DNA of 64,000 nt from positions 11,160-75,159 of the forward strand of contig JAKQUO010000032.1 of assembly GCA_029569255.1 (NCBI GenBank). The letters run 5' to 3'. Below the pieces are notes generated by a model that saw only the letters and a program-made list of their open reading frames with translations, did not search any database and was not told the DNA's origin. A program made the position numbers and the translations under genes. Positions within the stretch are counted from its first letter, which is position 1, and each line of letters opens with the position of its first letter. The stretch comes from Acidobacteriota bacterium. Its GTDB lineage: Bacteria; Acidobacteriota; Aminicenantia; Aminicenantales; Saccharicenantaceae. Shown piece after piece: positions 8,326 through 15,992 of the stretch.

Positions 8326-10188
8326 CTACTTGCCGCTCTTGCCCCCCGCGAACTTGAACAGGCCCCGCAGGGCCGCGAACATGCCCCGGTCGGCGTACCG
8401 GTTGGCCTCGTTGAGCTCCTGGTAGCCGCAGAGCCAGGTCGGGGCCTCGACCCGCTTGGCCCCGCCCGCCCGGCGCAGCAGGGCCCCCAAGGCCAGGGCC
8501 GAGCCGACGAGGAGCAGGACCACGAGGGGCGCCGCGGCCGCGCCGAAGGCCGGCAGGCCGACGCCGAGCGCCGAGGCCGCGAACGGCCCGGACGGGGCCG
8601 TCATCGCGCCGGCCAGGAGGAAGCCCTCCGACCGCCCCAGCGCGGCCAGGGCCAGGCCGACGGACAGGGCCGGGAAGAGGCCCTGCGCGAGGGCCACCGC
8701 CGCCAGGGCGATCTTGGGGGCCAGCATCGAGCCCGGGACCTCGCGGATGGGCCCGGGGGCGTGGCGCTCGGCGCCGGACGAGGTGAAGGCCATGCCGAAG
8801 AACTTGACGTAACAGGCCAGCGTCACGACGCTCGTGAACAGGGCCACGACGCCGAAGAGGACCAGGGCGACGGTCGCCTTGTGGGCGGCGAACGAGCCGC
8901 CGGCCAGGACGTTGCTGGCCACGATCGTCCACTTGCTCGAGAAGCCGCTGAAGGGCGGCATGCCCGAGATCGACAGCGAGGCGACGCCGGCGACGGCCGC
9001 GCTCACCGGCATCAGGCGGATGAGCCCGCCCAGCCTGTTGAGGTCCTTGGTGCCGGTGGCGTAGAGGATGCTGCCGCTCGTGAGGAACAGCAGGCCCTTG
9101 AAGACGGCGTGGTTGAGGAAGTGGAAGAGGGCGCCGACGGCGGCGGCCACGGCCAGGAGCCGCAGGGCCGGCGCGCCCGTCGTCCCCAGGTAAAGGGCGG
9201 CGCCCGTGGCCAGGACGATGTAGCCGACCTGGCCGATGGAGCTGTAGGCCAGCAGGCGCTTGGCGTCGCTCTGCTTCATCGATTGGACCGTCCCGACGAG
9301 AAGCGTGACCGCGCCGACCGCGGCGACGACGAGCCCCCAGGCCCGGCCGTCGAACGCGCCCTCTCCCGCCGGGGGCATGAACAGGAAGGTCCGCAGCAGC
9401 CCGTAGACGCCGGTCTTGATCATGACGCCGCTCAGCAGGGCGCTCACGGGCGACGGGGCGATGGAGTGGGCGTCGGGCAGCCAGAGCTGCCCGAGCGGCC
9501 AGACGCCGGCCTTCAGGCCGAAGCCGACGAGCAGCAGGCCGAAGAAGGCGGCCGACGGCAGCGCCCCGGTGGCGCGGAGTCCGGAGGCGATCTCCGCCAG
9601 GGGCTGGCCGAAGCGGTAGCCGTCGACGAGGAAGGCCGCGGCGACGACGAGGACCCAGGCGGCCTCCATGAGGACCAGGTACTTCGCGGCGCTGCGGCGG
9701 TTCTCCGCCTTCCGGCGCTCGAAGCGGACCAGGAAGAACGAGGCCACGGTCATGACCTGCCAGGCCAGGCTGAAGCCGAGGGCCAGGTCGTCGACCGTGA
9801 CCAGGGCGGCCATGCCCAGGACGAACAGCGGGTAGCACAGGTAATAGCCGCCCAGCCCGTACTCCGGGTAATGGTCCATGTAGCGGATGGAGTACAAGGC
9901 GCTGGCCACGGCCATGAGGGCGATGACGGCCAGGAAGACCGCCGAGACGCCGTCGACCAGGAAGGGGACGGCGACGGGGCCGAGGGCGACGGTCCGGAGG
10001 GCGGGCCCGGCGGGGCCGAAGAGGGCCTCGGCGCTCACGCTGAGCAGGAGGGCCGCCGCGCCGGAGACCAGGGCCAGGGCGACGGCCCCGGCCGCGCGCC
10101 GCTTCCGGGCGACGAGCGGCGCCGCCGCGGCCGCGGCGGCGAGCAGTCCGAAGGCGGCGAACAAGCGGGCGAAGAGGTCAGCGTTCAT
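8326..10188 (-). CDS. hycC: antiporter-like membrane subunit (HycC/HyfB/NuoL-like)
   Basis: 620 aa, ~15 TM helices; WLPDAHSIAPSPVSALLSG motif of NuoL/Mrp-type subunits. Confidence 0.85.
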   Translation of the reverse strand: MNADLFARLFAAFGLLAAAAAAAPLVARKRRAAGAVALALVSGAAALLLSVSAEALFGPAGPALRTVALGPVAVPFLVDGVSAVFLAVIALMAVASALYSIRYMDHYPEYGLGGYYLCYPLFVLGMAALVTVDDLALGFSLAWQVMTVASFFLVRFERRKAENRRSAAKYLVLMEAAWVLVVAAAFLVDGYRFGQPLAEIASGLRATGALPSAAFFGLLLVGFGLKAGVWPLGQLWLPDAHSIAPSPVSALLSGVMIKTGVYGLLRTFLFMPPAGEGAFDGRAWGLVVAAVGAVTLLVGTVQSMKQSDAKRLLAYSSIGQVGYIVLATGAALYLGTTGAPALRLLAVAAAVGALFHFLNHAVFKGLLFLTSGSILYATGTKDLNRLGGLIRLMPVSAAVAGVASLSISGMPPFSGFSSKWTIVASNVLAGGSFAAHKATVALVLFGVVALFTSVVTLACYVKFFGMAFTSSGAERHAPGPIREVPGSMLAPKIALAAVALAQGLFPALSVGLALAALGRSEGFLLAGAMTAPSGPFAASALGVGLPAFGAAAAPLVVLLLVGSALALGALLRRAGGAKRVEAPTWLCGYQELNEANRYADRGMFAALRGLFKFAGGKSGK

Positions 10189-10672
10189 GGCGGTTCTCCG
10201 GTCGGTCGGCGGCGCGGGCGCCGAGGACGGCGTCGCGGACGGCGGCGGCGGCCCGCTCGACCGCGGGGGTCAGGCCCTCGCCGAAATCCAGGTCGGCGGG
10301 CACGATGCCGAGCAGGAAGGCCTTCTTGCCCGCGGCCTCGAGGTACTTGCCGCAGAGAGAGAGGGCCATCTTGTGGGTCGAGAAGCTCCCGGCCTCGCCC
10401 ATCTCGTCGAGGGGGCCGAAGACGACGGTCCCGGGCCCGCCCGGGGCGGCCACGGCGTCGACGAAGACGACGCTCGAAGCGGCGCCGCGGGCCAGGGCGG
10501 GGACGACGTTCTCCGGCACGTCCTGGGCGTCGACGAGCTCGAGCCCGGGGACGGCCGGGGCGGCCCGCAGGGCGGCGACGATCCAGGGGCCGACGCCGTC
10601 GTCGCGGCGCAGGGGGTTGCCCACGCCGACGAGGCAGGCGCCTTGGCGGAGGACGTCGCTGAGCCCGTTCAT
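10178..10672 (-). CDS. hycI: hydrogenase maturation endopeptidase (HycI/HyaD family)
   Basis: 164 aa; VGVGNPLRRDDGVGPWIV N-terminal motif; overlaps the next gene by 11 nt. Confidence 0.75.
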   Translation of the reverse strand: MNGLSDVLRQGACLVGVGNPLRRDDGVGPWIVAALRAAPAVPGLELVDAQDVPENVVPALARGAASSVVFVDAVAAPGGPGTVVFGPLDEMGEAGSFSTHKMALSLCGKYLEAAGKKAFLLGIVPADLDFGEGLTPAVERAAAAVRDAVLGARAADRPENRHER

Positions 10673-10679
10673 GGCCGGC

Positions 10680-11522
10680 CTAGATATGCTCCCCGAGGGT
10701 CTTGATCTGCTTGTAGGTGTAGACCGGCCCGTCCGTGCAGACGAGGGTCCGGCCGATGGCGCAGTGCTGGCACTTGCCGATGCCGCACTTCATGTGCCGC
10801 TCCAGGGTCGAGACGATGTCCTCGTCCCGGAGCCCGGCGGCCAGGAGCTCCTTGATGACCGAGTTGAACATCAGCGGCGGGCCGCAGACGAAGGCCACGG
10901 TGTTCTCGACGGGGACCCGGGCCGGGGCGACCCGGGTGTGGACGAAGCCGACGGGGCCCGTCCAGCCCGGCTCGGGCCGGTCGATCGTGAAGTGGGTCTC
11001 GAAGCCCTCGGTGGCCTTCCACTTGTCGATCATGTCCCGGTACATCAGCTCCTTGGCCGAGCGGGAGCCGTAGATGAGGACGATGCGGCCGAAGTCCCGG
11101 CGGTGCTGGAGGACGTGGACGATGGACGAGCGCAGGGGGATGAGCCCGATGCCGCCGGCGACGTAGACGACGTTCTTGCCCTTGATGGACTCGAAGGGGA
11201 AGCCGTTGCCGAAGGGGCCGCGGAGGCCGATCTTGTCGCCGGGCCCGAGCTCATGGAGGGCCCGGGTGACCTTGCCGACCTGGCGGACCGACAGGTGAGG
11301 CCGGTCGTCCTCCGGGCTGAAGGGCAGGGACACGGCGAACTCGCCGGCGCCGAAGACCGTGCACATGACGAACTGGCCCGACTTGATGCGGAAGGCCCGG
11401 GCGGCCTCGGGCCGCTCGAACGAGAAGTAGAACGTGCGGACGTCCTCGATCTCGTCCCGGACCTCGTCGATGACGGCGACCTCCGGGACGGTGACGACGG
11501 CGCCGGGGTTCGGAGCGCTCAT
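10680..11522 (-). CDS. FAD/NAD(P)-binding oxidoreductase with C-terminal [2Fe-2S] (sulfhydrogenase gamma HydG / AsrB / PyrK-like)
   Basis: Internal ATG at 11522 (ATGA overlap with the upstream gene); ferredoxin-reductase fold motifs (VVYVAGGIGLIP) and MKCGIGKCQHCAIG cluster motif. Confidence 0.8.
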   Translation of the reverse strand: MSAPNPGAVVTVPEVAVIDEVRDEIEDVRTFYFSFERPEAARAFRIKSGQFVMCTVFGAGEFAVSLPFSPEDDRPHLSVRQVGKVTRALHELGPGDKIGLRGPFGNGFPFESIKGKNVVYVAGGIGLIPLRSSIVHVLQHRRDFGRIVLIYGSRSAKELMYRDMIDKWKATEGFETHFTIDRPEPGWTGPVGFVHTRVAPARVPVENTVAFVCGPPLMFNSVIKELLAAGLRDEDIVSTLERHMKCGIGKCQHCAIGRTLVCTDGPVYTYKQIKTLGEHI

Positions 11523-12586
11523 TTCGCACCTGCCTTGGTGATCTCGCGCCGGATGTAGGTGACGACGTTGGCGATGCCGATGTCGCCCGGGCAGACCCGG
11601 TTGCAGCGGCCGCAGCCGACGCAGCCGGGCCGGAGGTACTTCTTGGACTGGGAGTAGGACAGCTTGCAGAAGAAGCGCTTGTTGCGGCGGTCCTCGACGG
11701 GCTTGCGGGGGTTGTGGTCGCCGGCCATGCGGGTGTAGCCCTCGAAGGAGCAGGAGTCCCAGGACCTCGTCCGGTCGGCCCGGCCGCCGCCCGCGGGGAG
11801 GTCCTCGACGTTGAAGCAGGAGCAGGTCGGGCAGACGAAGGAGCAGGCCCCGCACTCGAAGCACTGGTCGCCGATGTACTCCCAGACGTCGTTCGAGATG
11901 AAGCCCATGGTGATGCGGTTCATGACCCGCGAGATCCAGGCCTTGTTCTCGGTGGCCTCGGCGTCGAAGCGGGCGATCGAGGCGTCGACGATCCTGGCCT
12001 TGAGGGCGGCGGCGTCCGGCCCGGCGTCCTCGAGCCCGAGCCGGCGGGCCAGGGCCTCGCCCTTGTCGCTGCCGGCCTCGTAGAGATAATGGCCGCCGGC
12101 CGACGTCAGGGCGGCGTCGAAGCCCTCCCGGGCGGCCGGCCCGCTGTCGGTGCAGACGCAGAAGCACTGGGGGAACGGCCGGACGCAGGTGTTGGCCAGG
12201 ATGAACATGCGCTTGCGGTGGTCGCGGTAGACCTCGTCGACGTACTCCTGGCCGAGGAAGAAGCGGTCCAGGCAGAGGAGCCCCGCCAGGTCGCAGGCCC
12301 GGAGGCCGACCAGGGCCTTGGGCCTGACGAGGTCCTCGCGGACGACGGCGGCCTCGCGGCTCTCCCGGTCGTAGCGGTAGGACATGATCCTCTCGGCCTG
12401 GGGGAAGACGGCGAACTTCGGCGGGTTGTAGGTGATGGGGGCGTCCAGCCGGAGGACGGCCGGGTCGTCGACCCGCTCGAACATCGGGTCGCCGCCGTCG
12501 GCCCGGACGACGGGGCCGTAGAGCTCGTAGTCGGCGGCGAGGGCGGCGAGGAGCGCCGGGACCTTGTCTCTGGGCAGAATGCGCAT
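11519..12586 (-). CDS. 4Fe-4S dicluster protein (sulfhydrogenase beta HydB / AsrA-like)
   Basis: Internal ATG at 12586 (MRILPRDKV...); CFECGACSFVCPTCSCF and CVGCGRCNRVCPGDI motifs. Confidence 0.75.
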   Translation of the reverse strand: MRILPRDKVPALLAALAADYELYGPVVRADGGDPMFERVDDPAVLRLDAPITYNPPKFAVFPQAERIMSYRYDRESREAAVVREDLVRPKALVGLRACDLAGLLCLDRFFLGQEYVDEVYRDHRKRMFILANTCVRPFPQCFCVCTDSGPAAREGFDAALTSAGGHYLYEAGSDKGEALARRLGLEDAGPDAAALKARIVDASIARFDAEATENKAWISRVMNRITMGFISNDVWEYIGDQCFECGACSFVCPTCSCFNVEDLPAGGGRADRTRSWDSCSFEGYTRMAGDHNPRKPVEDRRNKRFFCKLSYSQSKKYLRPGCVGCGRCNRVCPGDIGIANVVTYIRREITKAGAK

Positions 12587-12588
12587 GG

Positions 12589-14547
12589 TCACACCTTTTC
12601 GATCCGCACCGGGACGGCCGAATCCTGGTCCTCGTCGACGGCGGCCCCGGCGGCGTTGAGGAAGCCGGGGACCATGTCCTCGATGAAGTAGGGGACGTAG
12701 ACGGCCCCGGGCTGGATGTCCCCGGAGACGCGCACGTCCACGCGCATCGACCCGCCGGCGGCGACGACGTCGACCGGGGCCTTGTCCCGGAGCCCGAGGG
12801 CCTTGGCGTCGGCCGCGGCGACCTCGACGAAGCCGCGGGGATAGAGGAGTAGCAGGGCGTTGTACTCCCGCTTCGGGATCTGGGTCTTCTTCATGATGTT
12901 GTTGCGGTGCCAGAAGTAGTTGGCCTTGCCGGCCATGAGCAGGTAGGGGAACTCCGGCGTCGGCGCGGGGGCCGAGAGGGCGGGCGGGACGGCGACGAAG
13001 CGGAGCCGGCGCGGCGCGGCCGCCGCGTCGAGCCGGACCGTGCCCCCGGGGCGCGCGGCGTCCACGGGCCACTGCAGGCCGTGGGCCTTCCCGAGCCCGG
13101 CGTAGGTGACGCCGGCGTAGGCGGGCACGGCGGCGGCGATCCCGGCCATGATCCCCTCGGCCGATTCGACCGCCCAGTCGGCGCCGAGCTTCGCCGCCAG
13201 GTCGGCGTAGATGCGCCAGGCCGGGCGGACGCCGGAGGGCGGCTCGACCTTCTTGCGGTTGAGCTGGATGCGCCGCTCGGCGTTGGTATAGGTCCCGTCG
13301 GTCTCCGCGTAGGTGGCGGCGGGCAGGACGACGTGGGCGAGCCCGGCGAAGGGATTGGCGAAGGCGCCTATATAGAGGAGGAACTCGAGGCCCTTGATCC
13401 GGGCCGCGTGGCGGACGATCTCCTCGTCCCGGTCGGCCACGACCAGGGCCTTGAGCGGCGACGCGGGGTCGGCCAGCAGCTCGCGCGGCGTGCGGCCGGC
13501 GGCCGCGCCTTCGGTCCGGCGGTGGCCGGGGAGGAAGCGGTTCGTGGCGCCGACGTCGAAGCTGCCGACGATGTTGGCGATGCCGGGGACGGGGTTGACG
13601 CCGCAGCCTTCCCGGCCCGTCTTGCCCGCGGCCAGGAAGAGGCCGTGGAGGAAGGCGACCGTGTCGCGGTCGAGGCCGGCGATGCCGGTGGTGAAGAAGG
13701 CCATGGCCGTCGGCGACTGGGCCAGGCCGCGGGCCAGCTCCTCGATGTCGGGGACGGCCAGGCCCGAGGCCGCCGCCAGGGCGTTCAGGTCGAGCCCGGC
13801 CAGGGCGCGGGCGAAGCCGTCGAAGCCCTCGGTCCGGTCCCGGACGAAGGCCTCGTCGGCCCAGCCCTTCTCGACCAGGACCTTGGCCGCGGCGGCCAGG
13901 GCGTGCCGCAGCGCGCCGGGCCGCGTCCAGAGGTGGGCGCCGCTCAGGCGGGTCATCTGCGTCGCCCGCGGGCTCAGGGTGACCAGGCGCGCGCCGCCGC
14001 GGGCGGCCATGTGGATCTCGCTGCCGACGATGGGATTGAGCTTGGCGATGTCGGCCCCGACGACCAGGATGAACCGGGCCTGGCGGACCTCGGTGAGAGA
14101 GCCGGACATGGCCGGCCAGCCCGTGCCCTCGAGGAGGACCTCGGCGGCGTCGCCGTGGCCCTGGTCGGAGGCCAAGCCGATGTGGGGCGTGCGGCAGACC
14201 TCCCGGGCCAGCTTGGCCAGGAGGAAGTTGTCCTCGTTGGAGGCCCGGGGCGAGGCCAGGAAGGCGATCTCGTCGCCGGAGTAGCGGCCCAGCCTCCCGG
14301 CGGCGTGGGCCAGGGCCTCGTCGTAGGCGACGGGCTCGAGCCTTCCGCCGCGCCGGACGGCCGGCGAGACGATCCGGTCCCGCGCCGCCAGGAGCTCGTG
14401 GATGTGCCAGCCGCGGACGCACAGCCGTCCCCGGCTGACGGGATGACCGGGCGAGGCGAAGACGCCGCGGACGGCGGCGTCGCCGACGTCGAGGATATGG
14501 CCGCAGCCGGTGCCGCAGAAGTTGCAGACTCCCGAGTGAGTGCTCAT
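12589..14547 (-). CDS. molybdopterin-oxidoreductase family protein, FdhH-like (formate dehydrogenase alpha-like) but with non-canonical active-site positions
   Basis: 652 aa; N-terminal CNFCGTGCG...LCVRG [4Fe-4S] motif; collinear with E. coli FdhH from memory, see findings. Confidence 0.85.
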   Translation of the reverse strand: MSTHSGVCNFCGTGCGHILDVGDAAVRGVFASPGHPVSRGRLCVRGWHIHELLAARDRIVSPAVRRGGRLEPVAYDEALAHAAGRLGRYSGDEIAFLASPRASNEDNFLLAKLAREVCRTPHIGLASDQGHGDAAEVLLEGTGWPAMSGSLTEVRQARFILVVGADIAKLNPIVGSEIHMAARGGARLVTLSPRATQMTRLSGAHLWTRPGALRHALAAAAKVLVEKGWADEAFVRDRTEGFDGFARALAGLDLNALAAASGLAVPDIEELARGLAQSPTAMAFFTTGIAGLDRDTVAFLHGLFLAAGKTGREGCGVNPVPGIANIVGSFDVGATNRFLPGHRRTEGAAAGRTPRELLADPASPLKALVVADRDEEIVRHAARIKGLEFLLYIGAFANPFAGLAHVVLPAATYAETDGTYTNAERRIQLNRKKVEPPSGVRPAWRIYADLAAKLGADWAVESAEGIMAGIAAAVPAYAGVTYAGLGKAHGLQWPVDAARPGGTVRLDAAAAPRRLRFVAVPPALSAPAPTPEFPYLLMAGKANYFWHRNNIMKKTQIPKREYNALLLLYPRGFVEVAAADAKALGLRDKAPVDVVAAGGSMRVDVRVSGDIQPGAVYVPYFIEDMVPGFLNAAGAAVDEDQDSAVPVRIEKV

Positions 14548-14725
14548 GCCGTTGGCTCCTGAGACTTGGTGGCCCGGATCTTCCCGGCCGGCGGGCCTCG
14601 ACCGGACAGATGCGCGGCCGGCGGGATACAGCCCTCTCCCGGCGGTGATCAGGGGCTTCGACGGAGAGCTTAGCTCGTCAGCCGCGCAGGGAATTCTATA
14701 GAAAACAGGATACCAAAATCCCGGC

Positions 14726-15247
14726 CTAAAGTAAAGGCTCGCGCAACTTCAGGCCGAGGACGTATAAGATATTGTAGAAATTGGAGATGCCGCCGACGAA
14801 ACGCTCCTTGATCAGGCCCTTGGGGATGTCGTCGATGACGGCCTTCAGGCCGTCGAGCGCGGCCTTGAGGGCCGCCTGGTCGGCCAGGAGGACGGCCCGG
14901 CCGTGGGCCTCGAGCAGGGCCGCGACGACGGGGCCGGCCCGCGAGACGTCGTCGAGCACGGCCCGGTAGGCGTCGCGCCGCGGGGCGGGGACGGCCAGGA
15001 CGGCCTTCTCGGCCAGGGCGGCCCGGGTCACGGCGTACCCGATGAGGACCTCGGCCGTGTTGCGCTCCCGGAGCCGGTCGGGATAGCGCTCGAAGTAGGC
15101 CTCGCCGAGGGCGATCATGTCGGCGCTGCCGAGCGCGAAATCGCCGTCCAGGGCCCGGACGGCCGCGCGGAAGGACTCCGGGTCGGGCCGGCGGCGGAAG
15201 AGCTCGGCCAGGGTGGCGGTCATGGGCCTGTCGGAGGCGTCCGGCAA
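14726..15247 (-). CDS. hypothetical all-alpha protein
   Basis: 173-aa ORF with typical codon bias, 28 nt downstream of the response regulator gene; no motif recognised. Confidence 0.45.
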   Translation of the reverse strand: MPDASDRPMTATLAELFRRRPDPESFRAAVRALDGDFALGSADMIALGEAYFERYPDRLRERNTAEVLIGYAVTRAALAEKAVLAVPAPRRDAYRAVLDDVSRAGPVVAALLEAHGRAVLLADQAALKAALDGLKAVIDDIPKGLIKERFVGGISNFYNILYVLGLKLREPLL

Positions 15248-15275
15248 GACGGCGGCGGGAGGCTCGGCCCGGCCG

Positions 15276-15650
15276 CTAGGCCTTGGCGTAACGGCCGATG
15301 ACGGCCAGCAGCAGGTCGAAGTTGACGGGCTTCTGGAAGACGCCGCTGAAGCCGTACTCGGCCAGGCCGACGTTGGCGGCCGTGGCGTCGCCGATCGTGC
15401 TCAGGAGGAAGACGGGCGTCCCGGGGCGCTCGGTCTTCATGATCTTGGTCACCTGGCCGCCCGAATCGATGTCCTCCATCATCATGTCGCAGAGGACGAT
15501 GTCGGGGTTCGTCTTGCGGAAGGCCTCGAGGCCTTCCTTGCCGCTCAGGGCGAAGGACGCGTCGAAGCCGTTGGCGTCGAGGATGGCCTTGACCGACTCG
15601 CAGATGGCCGGGTCGTCGTCGATGATGAGCACCTTCTTCTTGTCGCTCAT
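15276..15650 (-). CDS. single-domain response regulator (CheY-like REC)
   Basis: Internal ATG at 15650 preceded by GGAGGACACC; MSDKKKVLIIDDD...VLCDMMME...QKPV. Confidence 0.8.
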   Translation of the reverse strand: MSDKKKVLIIDDDPAICESVKAILDANGFDASFALSGKEGLEAFRKTNPDIVLCDMMMEDIDSGGQVTKIMKTERPGTPVFLLSTIGDATAANVGLAEYGFSGVFQKPVNFDLLLAVIGRYAKA

Positions 15651-15992
15651 GGTGTCCTCCGGGCGTCGTTCGGGAAGGACATTTATACCACATTCCCCCC
15701 GGGGGTGTATAGGCCGGAAAATCACGAGGCTTTTGGCCCGCCGCCGCCGGTTTTCGGCCGGACAGGCGGGGAATGCGGCCAACCGAAACCGCACCCCTCC
15801 CCCGCCTCCGCATCGTCAGCTACTCGTACTCACCGCTCTCTTCGCCCGCCATAAGACAGGTGCCTTCTATGGTTACCTTTTTGGTGAGTGAACAATCCGG
15901 GCTGCGGCATGGAACCGCCGGCCTCGGGCTCGGAATCAACCCTCTCCCTCACAAAATGAGATTATCCCGGCCCCGGACAGGTGTCAAGAACG

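Noticed and set aside
12589-14547. Possible selenocysteine (in-frame TGA plus SECIS) in the FdhH-like gene
   Set aside because: The ORF is uninterrupted, and the position aligned with Sec140 is a GGC glycine codon. No TGA recoding is needed.
14680-14725. Sigma-54 type promoter (TGGTATCCTGTTTTCT on the minus strand) upstream of the hydrogenase operon
   Set aside because: The GG is present, but the -12 element is TC rather than GC at the required spacing. No enhancer-binding protein gene is nearby.
15651-15992. 342-nt gap between the GRE stop and the response regulator start as a possible ncRNA or small gene
   Set aside because: The track ORFs here (15773-16024 and others) have no SD sequence or motif. 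I recognise no RNA family. A TATAAA-like box and GGAGG for the regulator explain part of the gap. It is left unannotated.
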